The notes beneath the pieces were generated by a model that was given only the letters and a program-made list of their open reading frames with translations, ran no database searches and was not told where the DNA came from. From NCBI GenBank assembly GCA_951406725.2, contig OX597836.1, positions 46,934,001 to 46,998,000 on the forward strand: 64,000 nucleotides of DNA. Reading direction: 5' to 3'. Below, piece after piece: positions 1 through 13,894 of this stretch (the stretch's first letter is position 1; each line of letters starts with the position of its first letter). The DNA comes from Octopus vulgaris. Its lineage: Eukaryota. The translations under genes and the position numbers were made by a program.

Positions 1-83
1 GTGACGGGGACGTAAACACACAAGCATCGGTTGTCAAGCAATGCTAGGGGGACAAACACAGACACACAAACATATACACACAC

Positions 84-141
<58 letters not shown>

Positions 142-307
142 TACAACAGGCTTCTTTCAGTTTCCGAATACCAAATCCACTCACAAGGCATTGGTCGGTC
201 CGGGGCTATAGCAGAAGACACTTGCCCAAGATGCCACGCAGTGGGACTGAACCCGGAACCATGTGGTTGGTTAGCAAGCTACTTACCACACAGCCACTCC
301 TGCGCCT
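1..307 (-). mobile_element. SINE family A (tRNA head, CORE-like segment, internal TA/TG microsatellite); 3' end runs off the window
   Basis: Reverse complement reads GGCGCAGGAGTGGCTGTGTGGTAAG (A box)...GGTTCAGTCCC (B box)...TTGGGCAAGTG; more than 10 copies in the window. Confidence 0.9.
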
Positions 308-1038
308 ATATATATTTTAAATACAATACTATTTTAGTCATATATATTTCGTGCGGAATTGAATTTCATGGTATTATTTCAAGATACAGTGTGTGTGTGT
401 ATGTATATATATATTGAAGCAGCTTGTTTCGCAAGGTTCCTAACAAGAACCAGACTACTTCAGGCTTCAGGAATGTCGAAAGGAGAGATGTAGGAAGTCG
501 GAGATGGATATCGGAAGACAGACTGCAATTGATTTAGGAGGGTCGCGTGCTATTGTAGGGAATAAGTGCCCCTTTCTTTCGTTTCTCTACTCACTCGTAT
601 GTACACACACACACACACACACATAATGCGAGTACATGCGTGTGTGTGTGTGTGCGTGTGTGTGCGTGCGCGTGTGCGTGTGCGTGTGTGTGAGGTGGCC
701 TATTCGTCGGTGCATAGAATGCTATGGGATAGTCCTTCCGGATCTCTACACTCAGCTCAATCTTCAACGATAACAATTTTGACTCTTTGCCTTTCCGAAG
801 AAATCAGCGATTGGTCACTCCTGGACAGAGATGAGTTTGACCAGGTTTAAAACTGTTCAGTACACAACGAAGTTCACGATGTCACCTCTGCGTCACCACC
901 AGAATTTATGAGTCTAAGGCATATATGACCGAGATGGCCACGGATGGAATGTTTTGTACATGTATTTTCACGATCGAGATTCACTTGTGTCTAAATAACG
1001 ACAGCAACAGCAACAACAACAGCATCAGCAGCAGCAAC

Positions 1039-1410
1039 AGTGGAGGCGCAATGGCCCAGTGGTTAGGGCAGCGGACTCGTGGTCGAAGGATAGCGGTTTC
1101 GATTCCCAGACCGGGCGTTGTGTGTGTTTATTGAGCGAAAACACCTGAAGTTCCACGAGGCTCCGGCAGGGGGTGGTGGCGACCCCTGTTGTACTCTTTC
1201 GCCCCAACTTTCTCTCACTCTTTCTTCCTGTTCTTTGTCCCCGACTTCCTATGCAACCGCTGAGCCTGGATGCGCATTCATCCATCCATGTCGATGCTCT
1301 TGGTGTCGGGAGTTGACCTGCTTTCCCTTCTTACGAATAGTAAAGGACCACGTTTCGGACTTCTCCCACTGGGACGAAGACCGCTTCGCTCAACAAACAA
1401 ATAAACAAAC
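1039..1410 (+). mobile_element. SINE family B (tRNA-Arg-like head), tail type 1
   Basis: GGAGGCGCAATGGCCCAGTGGTTAGGGCAGCGGACTCG...GTTTCGATTCCC head; CAAA tail; sits in a CAG/CAA tract; homologous to 29200-29510. Confidence 0.85.
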
Positions 1411-1519
1411 TAAAGCAGCAGCAGCAAAAGCACTAATTCCAATAATGTATTTAAGCAGACATTTTTCTCTGTGAAATATTTTGTTTATTTTTATAATTTA
1501 TTTCTCGTTTCTGAAATAA

Positions 1520-2195
1520 TGACTTCAAATTTTGACATACGGCCAGCAATTTCTGAAGAGGTGCTAAGTCGATTATATCGACCCTAGTGTTCAACTGGTA
1601 TTTCTTTTGTCGATTCTGAAAAGATGAAAGGCAAAGTCGACTTGAGCGGAATTTGAACTCAGAACGTGTAGATGGACGAAATGCGCCAAGCATTTTGCTC
1701 CAGATGCTAACGGTTCTGCCAGCTTGCAGTTTTATCTTATCTCTGAAATAATCCTTTCTATTATAGGCACAAGGCCTGAAATTTTGGAGAAGGGAGATAA
1801 TCAACTACATTGACCTCAGTGCGTAACTGGTACTTATTTTTATCGACCCCGAAAAGATGGAAGACAGAGTCGACCTCGGCAGAATTTGAACTCAGACGTA
1901 ATGCTGCCGAGCGTTTTGCCTGGCATGCTACCGATTCTACCAACTCGCGCTTTATCTTGTTTCTGAGACATTGGTTTCAAATATTGGCACAGGACCAGCA
2001 ATTTCGGGGGTGGAGGGGGAGGGGGCTAAAGTCAATTACATCGACCCCAGTATTGGATTGGCTTTTCTTTTATCGATCTCGAAAGGATGAAAGGCAAAGT
2101 GGACCTCGGCAGAATTTGAGAACGTGAAGACGGACAAAATGGGGCTAAGCGTTCTCCTGGCGTACGAACGATTCTGCCAGCTCACCACTTTAGCT
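1520..2195 (-). mobile_element. Three tandem SINE family E copies
   Basis: Repeated GAAAGGATGAAAGGCAAAGTCGAC...GAATTTGAACTCAGAACG units matching the + copies at 30319 and 40718. Confidence 0.85.
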
Positions 2196-2965
2196 TGGGT
2201 TCGAAATTATAAAACTTGCGTTTTAAAGTGTTAACAAATGTAATTTTTAGAATGAAAAAAATAATACACAATTCTGAAATAAATATATCAATTTTAAAGA
2301 TGAAACATATTAAAATAAAAGCCATAAATATACTTCTAATCAAGAAATCTAGCATATTTTTATGAAAGTTTATAAAAATACATTTGCGTAAATTTGAGTT
2401 GGAAACTGTTTATCGTAATGAATAATCTTTTAATTTGAGCTGACTTGAGCAGACACAACAACAACAATAACTACAACAACAAACAACAGAATCTGTTTCA
2501 TCAAATTGTTTACGTTGCGTCTTTTTTTTTCTTTCGAATTATTTTCTGAGTTTTCCAATCATTATTTGTATTGATTTGAATCGATATATATTGGAAGATT
2601 CTGTATTTCTTTTAAGAGTAACGCTTCGATGAGCTTATAATAAACAATAACCAAAGACTAGCGAGCTTTGTTGAATTATAGTTAAATGATTCTAAATGAG
2701 AACTAACGTATTAAACAGTCTAATAGTTGATATGAATAAAAACTTAAACACCTGAACAGAAAACTGAAGACTATAAATTGTGCATTATCTGACATGAAAT
2801 AAATTCTATGATTTTACCCAATATTTTGACACCCCTAAACGACAACACTCTACAGAAGATTTCATTACTATTTTGATGTAACATAAATAATTCCGTAATT
2901 AAGTAATTATATCGACTTACTATAATTTCTGTCTGGCAACTTGCAGAAAAAGCAGTGCAACGGTG

Positions 2966-3300
2966 ATAATTCTAACAACATCTATATTAATAGATGTATA
3001 CATACATACATATACGTATACATACACACACAGATATATGTATATATATGTGTATATATATGTATATATGTATGTAAATATATATATGCATATATATGCA
3101 TATATATATGTATGTATAATTCTAACAACATCTATATTAATAGATGCATACATACATATACGTATACATACACACACAGATATATGTATATATATGTGTA
3201 TATATATGTATGTAAATATATATATGTATATATATGCATATATATATGTATATATAATTCTAACAACATCTATATTAATAGATGCATACATACATATACG
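2966..3300. repeat. ~140-150 bp tandem repeat (about 2.3 units) with TA/TACA-rich bodies
   Basis: ATAATTCTAACAACATCTATATTAATAGATG recurs at ~2966, ~3116 and ~3254. Confidence 0.85.
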
Positions 3301-3302
3301 TA

Positions 3303-3410
3303 TTTCTCATCTCTCACTCTCAGTAAAAAAAAACTGCTACTTATACGAGTTCCGCTAGTTCATTCTCACAGGGGGGTATCATGATTCTCGCCATAACAAC
3401 CTCTCAGATG
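3303..3410 (-). repeat. ~108 bp direct repeat of 5193-5298; possible LTR remnant
   Basis: TTTCTCATCTCTCACTCTCAGT...GATTCTCGCCATAACAACCTCTCAGATG at both sites, bracketing a gypsy integrase relic. Confidence 0.6.
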
Positions 3411-3554
3411 CAGCACGGATTTTTGTCAGTGAACAGGTCGCGGATTTTAGCGACGAAAATATTTTGACAAATTAAACTTAAATGTTTAAGTGAATCGAAC
3501 GGCTTTTGTGTGTTTCTTAAATGGCTTACAAACACCTTCCACGCTGCTATTATG

Positions 3555-3612
<58 letters not shown>

Positions 3613-3613
<1 letters not shown>

Positions 3614-3754
3614 TACTTAATAAATAGGGTTCAGCAAATATTTGCTTTACCACATACCGAAATTTAGAAATAGCAGCCAAAAAACGTTAGCTGCTATTTC
3701 TAAATTTCGGTATGTGGTAAAGCAAATCTTTGCTGAACCCTATTTATTAAGTAT
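3613..3754. repeat. Near-perfect inverted repeat: 65-bp arms, 12-nt loop
   Basis: 3613-3677 is the reverse complement of 3690-3754 with one mismatch. Confidence 0.95.
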
Positions 3755-3849
3755 TGCTTATGTTTGCCATGAAATGGTCCTTTTTTCATGCCGAATTCTG
3801 CTTGGTGAAATTACTGATTAATTCTTAATTAATTAATTTTACCCTATGT

Positions 3850-4066
3850 TATATATATATATATATATACATATATATGCGTATACATATATATACATAT
3901 ATATGTATATATATATATACATACATATATGCATACATATATATATATATACATACATATATATACATATATATACATATATGCATACATATATATATAT
4001 ATATACATATATATACATATATATATGTATATATATATACATATACATATATATACATACATATAC

Positions 4067-4099
<33 letters not shown>

Positions 4100-4100
4100 C

Positions 4101-4137
<37 letters not shown>

Positions 4138-4148
4138 CCTATATATGT
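3850..4148. repeat. (TA/TACA)n compound microsatellite
   Basis: Direct reading. Confidence 0.95.
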
Positions 4149-4428
4149 AATATAATAAGAGTAAATAATAACTTTAATGGTTTATAAAAAACCAACGATT
4201 ACTTACTGGTAGATTTCGGCATGTAAATATAACCATTAACGGTAGGAACTTCTATAAAAGTTCAGTGTATATTTTCTATATAAATAAAAAAAAAGGCAGG
4301 CAACAGGTTGCTTAGCCACATACCGAAAAAATTAGAAATAGTAGTCTATTTTCCACATACGACATATCCCTGTAATTCACATATGCAAAACAGAAGGAAG
4401 AAATAACGAAAACAAAGTCTAACGGTTA

Positions 4429-4495
4429 TTCACGAACGCGTTTCTGGATTAGGAATATAATAAAATATCAATCTCATGTCCTTCGTCAGCGTAAA
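4429..4495 (-). ncRNA. Hammerhead-ribozyme-like motif (Penelope pLTR type, enlarged loop II)
   Basis: Minus strand: TTTACG-CTGACGA-A-GGA...TCC-A-GAAA-CGCG-TT-CGTGAA; stem I TTTACG/CGTGAA, palindromic stem III. Confidence 0.6.
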
Positions 4496-4593
4496 CTTCC
4501 ACTAAAATAGATTTATCAAATGCTACGTACCTCCACTTCTCGATCAGGCGACATCGAAATAGTGGAAGAAAGCAAGCGTTCTTTTATCCGATA

Positions 4594-5095
4594 CTATGGT
4601 GTCTGCGACACCGTATCGCACAAAAAGTTGTGAAGGAACCTTATTGTTACCTTCAAGGCTGGTTGATTGCATTTACATATCTCCGGCCACTTGATATAGC
4701 AGTCTACTATGATCAGATAATACGCGCCGTTTACCGATCCAGCAAAACTTATATGTAGCCTGGACAACGGACCGTCTATCTTAGGCCACGATTGGAATTT
4801 TACCGATGGTGACTGTGCTGCGAGAGCACAGCCTCTGCAGGATTTCACCAATTTTTCAATATCAGGTCCACAGGTAAATCCTTATTACTGATTTCCTTCT
4901 GGAAATCCCTGGGTGTTCCATATGAAATTCACTTAATACCCGCTTTTGTAGTACGGCTGGCACTGCAACTTTTTGTGCGTAGATCAACGCATTATCACAC
5001 AGGGAAAAATGGTTCGCATTTGTGTTACGTATATTTTTATTTTCTTTTATCTTCAACGTTTTTCCATCTTTACAATGAATTTGTCATTCTCGGAT
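4594..5095 (-). mobile_element. Degenerate Ty3/gypsy integrase fragment
   Basis: ORFs give HMEHPGISR...CRGC zinc finger and SRLHISFAG...YYLIIVDCYIKWPEI core; frameshifted. Confidence 0.85.
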
Positions 5096-5192
5096 TGTAA
5101 CAAAACTAAAACAACTCTCAACGAACCATAACAATTTCCCAATTTCCTGCGACTCCACAAACTCACGAACGACACCTTTCGACTTCCTACGA

Positions 5193-5298
5193 TTTCTCAT
5201 CTCTCACTCTCAGTCAAAAAAGCTGCTGCTTATACGAGTTCGGCTAGTCCATTCTCACAGGGGGTATCATGATTCTCGCCATAACAACCTCTCAGATG
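5193..5298 (-). repeat. Second copy of the ~108 bp direct repeat (possible LTR remnant)
   Basis: Matches 3303-3410. Confidence 0.6.
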
Positions 5299-6578
5299 AC
5301 AATTAAGTCCTGCTGCAGGTCTTGGTTTGAAGTATAGGGGACAGGTGAATGAAGTCACTATAAAGAGACATGTGTACGCCATTAGGTTATAGTAATAAAT
5401 GATTGTACAACCCGAGTACCAGCCACTCTTTGAGTGATAAGTACCATATGATAGGCTGAAACAAAATAACCATTAACGTCATGAAATCGCAGGTTTTACG
5501 TCGGTGTGACCCTCTCCTAAAAAGACGCTCTGACAACAGCTAGGAGTTCCTCACTCCCGGTGGATTTACTGCTCGCCTTGACAGCAAGCTGGAGTATTTC
5601 TGCGTCCACGCACATGGGTTGTCACCACATATGCTAGTTAACCTATAACCGGGACCTTGACCGATGCTGCTACTCCGGATCAGAGTAGACCCGAGAACAA
5701 TAGTGGCTTAGAGGTGGTTCCACATCTCAGAACTCTGGAACTTCTGAAAAACCATGGCTCCAATACTGGATACAGTTTAAAATCTTCAGTGAATTAATTC
5801 ATTAACATATTTAAGCAAGAGCAGCCGTTGACTCGTTTCGTTATTTTCCCTGAGATAAATTTTATAGTTTGTATTGTTTGTATACCTGAAAACATAGAGT
5901 CACAACTATATATCACCACCAATACTATACATACACAAATTCACGCGTGAGCGCACACACATAGATAGACAACAACACTGAGTGGAGGAGAGGGATTAAC
6001 AGATAGATATTAACTTAATCCGACAGTGAGAAGAGAAAGATTCTTATGTAACCTAACCTGCCCAACCATGGGTCCCAAATATGCTCATTTACAGACCAGA
6101 TTTTCTCTACTCTCTGATCCATGATAGCTGATGAAGAAGGCAGTTGTCTTCGTCTGTGAAACTTTAAGAAATGTTCGGCTAAGTTGCGTTGCTATTAAAT
6201 ACTTTTAACTTCATGTCTGTTTCCGCGTTGATCCCATTTCTAAAACGTTGCTTTCTGTTTAAATCCTATATCTTGGGGTTTTGCTAAATTAGGAATCGGA
6301 CCTTAAAAACAAGGGACCGATATGATAGACTACAAAATTTCAAGACGGAGCCCCTGTATGGCCGCACCAACGAATGAAAGTATACAAATGTATGTATATA
6401 TATATAATACACACACACACACACATATATATATATTAGAAGAAATGAGGTACTCAGAAATTCGGATGGTTTTATATTTACAGATATTTATTTGTATATT
6501 ACATGTTTTTATACATCATATAACTTAGATCATGTATTAGCGCTTTTTCCCATTCTCTCTCTCTCTCTCTCTCTCTCT

Positions 6579-6935
<357 letters not shown>

Positions 6936-7402
6936 CACACATATATGACATATACAGAAGAAAATTTCCAGAAATATTTCGCACCGAACAATAGAAAAGC
7001 CGCCATAATTTTCTGATGCTGAGAAATAATACAACAAATTTATAGAAAATGTGGAGAATACGAAGAAAATGAGAAAGAGTAAGAAGAGAAGAAGCGCATG
7101 GAGTCGTGTAGGATGCTGAAATGCGGTCGTCTAGAAAGTGTTTTCTATGTTCTACAGAAGCTTCCATCTGATTTGTCATACTAAACGGCTAAAAATGAAG
7201 AAATATTCTATTGTTAGAGACTCAGCATCAATACTTTATTCCTGAAACACCGAAACGAAATGTAAGATTCATTTTAAAATATAGATTTAATGGCGTTACA
7301 TTTCCGATATTACTTATCAGTAAGTACACATACACACACATACATACATACATACAAGCACACATTTTATATATATACATATATACTTACACACACATAT
7401 TA

Positions 7403-7523
<121 letters not shown>

Positions 7524-8299
7524 ACTACGCACTCTGTTATTCGCCTCTGCGTTTCCTGTTAGTGTGAAATGTGGTAGAGATAATTATATGAATTGTAGTT
7601 TTGTTATCCACGAATACACTTTGGTGAAAAATCTTGTGACCATTATTCCATCGCCCTCACCACCGTCTACCCTACCATGCACTGTATGTGCTAGTAACTT
7701 GGTTTGATTAATTCGTCCGTGTTACCACCACAGGGTGTTTTTGTTTTCGGGGTGGGGACAGTTTGAAATATAAGTTAAGGTATGTCTCTTCTTCAATAAA
7801 CACAGTTTTAATTTCGTACTAAACTATGGCTAAACACAAATTTTTGTCGTCAGTGGGCAGAAAAAAAGTATTATGATGATGATGATGATGATGGCAACGA
7901 TGATGATGATGGCTATAAAGGTAAAAATAAGTAATGTACGATGTGAAAATAAATTATAGATAACGGGAAGATAAAATTTGCAAGATATAAATCTATTATT
8001 AGGAGGATGGGAAAAATCACATTAAATGTAATGTATATTGTGGCAAAAAATGTTTAATAACAAAGTTCGACGGCGGGAAAAAAAATTGGGGGCAAAAATC
8101 ACACTGTAAATTGCTAACACAAGCACCGATTTATTTGAAAGGAACTGGGATATTTCAAAAGGTCGATAAAATTTGGAGAATCTTAAAAGGGGCTATTCGT
8201 TTGGAATTGCTTGGCAGCGCAAAAGGTACCGAGATGTCTGTAGAATTTGAGGAGTTCCGGTTTTGCGATTCAATGCAGATTTGTATTGGAATAGTGTAA

Positions 8300-9250
8300 A
8301 GTACTTTTTACTCAGGCACAGCGGACACCTCAGAATTTCGGTAGGATCCATGCCTATTAGGGTTAGCTTTTTTCACAATAGACCAATATACCTTAAATTG
8401 GAAGGAGTCAGCTTCTTTTGATTGCCATTCGTGTTTGTCTAGGCTCATTGCCGACTTGTTCTCAGAATATATGAAGGAATTTTTGTGCGAGTAAAGTCGT
8501 TTTGAAACCGTTTTCTGTGGCACCAGTATAAGTTTTGTATGTAGTGGTGTTGTTAAGTCTGTACCTTAGCTCTATATATAATGCCTTCAATTAGAAAATT
8601 ACCATTTAAAGGACAGCGTCTGTGGTCTTCGAATATTACATTTAGGTTCGTCAACAGTTCCGTTAGGTTTATTGAGAATGGTCTGCTGATAAACAAAAGA
8701 GTCGAACATTTAGCAGCAAGAACAGCTAACTTTTAACTATTTTCTATTGAAGATTCTTTGATATCTATGGTCACTTGAATAATGTCAAGATACAAAATTT
8801 TAAAATTCTCTACCTACGTTAGTTATAATGCTTATGATAACTGTTGGACTATACCACAAAACATTTCTAATTCTAGTTCTACGAAACTTTCTGGTGTTGC
8901 TTCCACTAGTAATGTAGGGGATCTTCTCTGAGAAGCTATTATTGCCTAGAGCATCAATATAATATGGTGAGGCATTGTTAAAGACTGCCTCGTTCGATGA
9001 CAATGAGAAAATATGATTACCTACATTGCTAACCATATTTTTGAGAATACAGGAAGGCCGATTTGCCGTTTTATTGATTTAGAATAGCCTTTAATTAAGC
9101 TTGTGATATGAATTAAAATATTAGATCTCAAATCCAAGCTGAAGTCTAAACAGTTAAGACTACTAAAATTCGTGTCAACTGTCATTTTTAAGCCCATTCA
9201 TTGGAAGAACATAAGATTCTTTCTTTCTAAGACCATAGAGTTCATGCCCG
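8300..9250 (-). mobile_element. Degenerate Penelope-like element (RT C-terminus/linker to endonuclease)
   Basis: LSSNEAVFNNASPYY...RNVLWYSP...TNVGREF and KRLYSHKNSF...WSIVKKA motifs typical of PLE ORFs; multiple frameshifts. Confidence 0.75.
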
Positions 9251-9259
9251 TTCATGTTA

Positions 9260-9960
9260 TAAGGCCGTCGTCCAGTGTACAGGGAGGCTAACAAGAAATT
9301 TGAAGAGATTGTAAATAAGAATGCCGATGGAACACAACTTAAGTACCGTAGTAAGCAGTGGAATAAAATACGGAAAATTTATGATAAAACAACATAAAGA
9401 ATACGTGGTACAATGCCGACAAGTTCCAAGGGGTGATGCTTGTAGAAGCCACACCTCACAGGGAACTAACCCGCAGATTTAGAAAAATCCTGAAGTTTAC
9501 CAAGTTGAACATAGAAGTCATGGAAAAACCAGGGAGATCCATCAGGTCAATAATATACAAAACATACCCCTTCAGAAAATCCACGAGTGTAGAGCAGAAC
9601 TGTGTAGTGTGCAAATATAGTCCTGGTTTCAACGGTAAAACCAGAAATGTGATTTACCGAATAAACTGCGTGGATGGTGATTGTAAAAACCGGAAGACTG
9701 CATACATAGGTGAGACGGCGGGAAGTTTGGCCGAGCGTATAAATGCACATTGGAGGGAACACAGGGGTCAAAGACAAATCTCGATACTCTACCAGCATGC
9801 CAAGGAACAACATGGTGGTGTGCTGAACCGAATTAGCATAGAAATCCTGTCTAGACACCCGAACGACGCATCGCTACGACAGGTACGAGAGTTAGTCTAC
9901 ATAAACGAAATTCGACTGGTTTTGAATAGTAAATATTCTCATTCGGCAGAGGCCGTACAA
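9260..9960 (+). mobile_element. Penelope-like GIY-YIG endonuclease fragment
   Basis: ORF 9433+: CVVC...NVIYRINC...C...AYIGETAGSLAERINAH...QH...H; the remainder of the ORF is CA-rich repeat. Confidence 0.85.
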
Positions 9961-10306
9961 AAGCCTAAGGACACATACATACACACACACACAAACGGAG
10001 ACACACACATACATACGCACAAACATGCAAAGACAAACAAGGACACAAACATACCCTCACGCCCACATGGGCACACACATATACGTATACGCACACACAC
10101 GGAAAGATGCATACAGAAATACACACGCATACAAACAGACAAGAACTTACACACATATGAATGCAAACCCATACACACAAACACACACACGTACACGCAA
10201 ACACACACACACGCTCGTATACACATATCCTCCCATACACACAGGGACACGTGCACGCATGCGCATGCTCATTCTCTCGCACAGATAGTTATCAATTTAT
10301 TCAACA

Positions 10307-10695
10307 CTAGCAGTATCACCCGGTGTTACTTGGGTTTCTTTCGACCCTTTAGAATTTGAATTTTTGAAAAGTAAAAAGTCTGCATTATGCAACTTGTTAT
10401 TCTCTTTAAGTGAACATTTTTCCAGTTGAAATACACCGAAAAATGATGACACAGCAGTCAAAAATCGTAAAAAATAGGGATTTTCATAGAAAAAAAGCAC
10501 CTTTTTGATGTAAATAATTTTTGGTGTTAACATGGTCCGATTTGAATTTTATCTTCTACAGAATGAAGAGCAAGCCTTCTTCTATCATACTCTCAATTTT
10601 GGTCAACTTGCACCGCAGGGTCTTGGAAGAGATAGTGTTAGTTGAAGGCTACCAAACCTGCCACACACAGGCAACTTCAGCTTTATATATATAGA
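10307..10695 (-). mobile_element. Non-autonomous Helitron
   Basis: Minus strand begins TCTATATATATAAA, ends with an imperfect hairpin (CCCAAGTAACACCGGG) then CTAG; inserted between A and T with no TSD. Confidence 0.8.
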
Positions 10696-11084
10696 TTTGC
10701 TACACACTACTTCTCATCCTTAATAATGAAACTTGGTAGATCCAAAAGTTAAACACACAGACACACTCACAGATACACAAGTTGAGTTTTCTATATATAG
10801 ATTTATTAAACAAAGAAGACGGTTTAACTGTCTTTGAGAGAAACATTACATGGAGGAACGTGTGCGTTTGAGAAGGAAACAAAGAGAAAGCCATATATAT
10901 CTTATATATATGAAAAAGTAGAGATAGTCAGTATTTAAAAAGCACACACTCACGCACATACGGATGCACACACTTATGTATAAACACACGCGCATACACA
11001 CGCAGACATACACACACTCTCATACTCATCTCGGACAGATCTCGGACGAATCCCGACGCTGGAACATAAGTTCAAAAGAAATGG

Positions 11085-11430
11085 AAGTCTTCCTCATTTT
11101 CTTGTTCCTCCTCCTTCTCTTCCTCCTCCTCCTCCTCCACCCTTCTTTCCCTCCTCCTCCTCCCCATCTCCCCCAACCCTGTTTCCTTCCTACTCGTCCT
11201 CCTACTTCTTCGTGCTACTACTACTAATACTAATACTACTTGTAGTAATATTGCTTTCAAATTTTGATTCAAGGCCAGACCACTTGTAGTAGTATTCGTA
11301 GCATTTTGCTTCTGTTTCTATCGACGAACACTGACTCAGTTGAGGGGATTAATTTGGTTTAACTATGGATTAAGCATAGTGTCGGATCGAGAAATGAACC
11401 AGTGAAATTGTTGCTAATAATCCGATACTC
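11085..11430 (+). repeat. ~340 bp dispersed direct repeat, copy 1
   Basis: Shares TGTAGTAATATTGCTTTCAAATTTTGA...GATTAAGCATAGTGTCGG with 20625-21010. Confidence 0.85.
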
Positions 11431-11750
11431 TACTAGAAATGGAAGCAGAGAGAGACGTGTCACTGAAGAGATTGCAACAATGCGATGAAATAATTATTTG
11501 CAAAAAAAAAAAGGAAATGACAACAAGAACAATACCGAACATTTGAACGATTAACTGTTTGAGCAGAGTGTTTAAACATATGAGTTTGAAAAAAAAAACC
11601 AGTAAAAAACGGCTGATCGATAAATTGGTTAACGGAGTAACCCATTAATTAACTATAACAATAAAGGACCGAATCAGTACGTGCGTTTATTATTACCGCC
11701 ATAATGCCCCTCTCAAGGTTCAGTACCACACACACACACACACATATATA

Positions 11751-12176
11751 GGATCTTTTCGGTTTGAACGGCAGTTTTTTCTAGCAGTGTCATATGAAGT
11801 TGTCACCCATAATTATGACCCTAGTATCGATCTATTGCATTTCAATCTGTTTTAGGGTTAGTTAGGGTTAGGGTGGGAGGAAGGGTATCTTTTTTTCTTC
11901 AGAAATGTAAATAAACCCAATCTGTTTCTTAAACGAGGGACATATTCATACGGCACGTAATGTTTTTTTTTTACCTCAATGGACGTCATTAATTGGTTGA
12001 AATTGCAGAAATTGAAGAAAAAAAAACAACAAATATCTTATAAACTATAGAATTTTCTCAATAAAGCCAAGAGAAAAAGATGTTTTATAAACACATTCTA
12101 CCAGTATACGAAGTTTAAAAGTGTTTAGTTACGTGGAAATTATTTTTAAAAACTGCCGGTCAAACCGAAAAGATCC
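11751..12176 (+). mobile_element. MITE with GGATCTTTTCGGTTTGAACGGCAGTTTT TIRs and internal TTAGGG repeats
   Basis: 28-bp TIRs; three copies in the window. Confidence 0.9.
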
Positions 12177-12668
12177 ACATGAACAATACTGAACATTTGA
12201 ACGACTAAATGTTTGACCAAAGTGTTTAACATATAAGTTTGAAAAAAAAACAGTAAAAAACTGCTGATCGATGAATTGGTTAACAGAGTAACTAACCCAT
12301 TAACAAACAGTAACAATAAAGGACCGAACCAGTGCGTGCGTTTATTATTACCGCCATAATGCCCCTCTCAAGGTTCAGTACCACACGCGCGCGCGCGCAC
12401 GTAAGTATATACATGCAAAACAAGATGGAAAAACAATACTCGAATACTGAAGGTAGAGTAATTATAACCGAAAATATCTTTACAAGATGTTACTCAGAGT
12501 TTCACAACTGTGATCAAACGCCAGTATGATCACAACTGTCCGACAAACGTTAATTTGAAATTCTAAGGAACAGTTTGTGAAAATATAAAAGTATACACAC
12601 ACACATATATATATACATATATATACATACATAATGCATACATACATATATAGAGTGACAGATAAACA

Positions 12669-12704
<36 letters not shown>

Positions 12705-12887
12705 AGAGAAAGAGACAGACAGAGACAGACTCCCAGACACAGATAAACGTTCGCAGACTGGATTAAATAGATGAATATATAAATAGATATAGATAACTAG
12801 ACAGACAAATATAAGTAGATAAATGTAAAGGATAAATATATTGATAAATAAATGAACACACACACATATATACACACAAATGTGTGC

Positions 12888-12925
<38 letters not shown>

Positions 12926-13438
12926 GCACACACATTATGCAAGTATGTATTTATATATGTATAAATGCCCGTATGCAAATAAAAAGAGATATACTATTAG
13001 AAGCAACAACAATAGCGTCAACGATATTATTCATACAAGAATTCTTCCAGTGAGACCATTCTGTCTTCATTTTCTGCTATATAGAACCGCTGATATATCT
13101 TACTATATATAACTGGTGATATCCATTAATTTCTCCAACTTATTCATCTTGGTTTCAATGCATCTATTTATGGCAGCGTAATAAAATATTTACACGAAAC
13201 TGGATATTGAAGTAACATTTTCTTTTTCCTATGTTTAATGAAAGATTTTAGCACAAAATAGCTTCATTTTTTTAAAAGAAAAACAAACTTCTAATCATGA
13301 ATTTAAATTCAGTAATTGTGATAAAATAAATACTCATCGATAGAGTACTGGTCAAACTGTTGGAAATTGATGTATGAAGAAAGGAATTGCCCATTACCCT
13401 CCTCCTCATCTGAGATTTATCGAATCATAATAGCGTTT

Positions 13439-13516
<78 letters not shown>

Positions 13517-13835
13517 AAACTGGAATGGAACACTAGCACACACCACAACATATGACAGAAGAGGATCCCCATAAACTGGTGGTTACAATATAAACAAAAC
13601 TGAAAACATAATAAAATAAAATACACAGATAAGTAAACAAATGGAAGTAAATAACTATATACATTTTTTCTATTTTTATTTATTTTTTATTTTATTTTAT
13701 TTTTATTATTATCATTATTATCATTATTATTACTATTATTGTTATACTTACATACATTCATACATACATAATAATAATAATGATAATGATAATAATAAAA
13801 ATAATAATAATAAAAATAATAATAATAATAATAAC

Positions 13836-13889
<54 letters not shown>

Positions 13890-13894
<5 letters not shown>

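Noticed and set aside
1039-1112. tRNA-Arg-like gene
   Set aside because: It is the head of a multi-copy SINE with no proper acceptor stem or terminator
6128-6165. CTGATGA followed by a hairpin and GAAA
   Set aside because: Extra bases between stem II and GAAA, and no stem I partner
6950-7190. Possible minus-strand exon (MTNQMEASVEH...)
   Set aside because: No recognisable protein and no clear donor; the ORF runs into microsatellite
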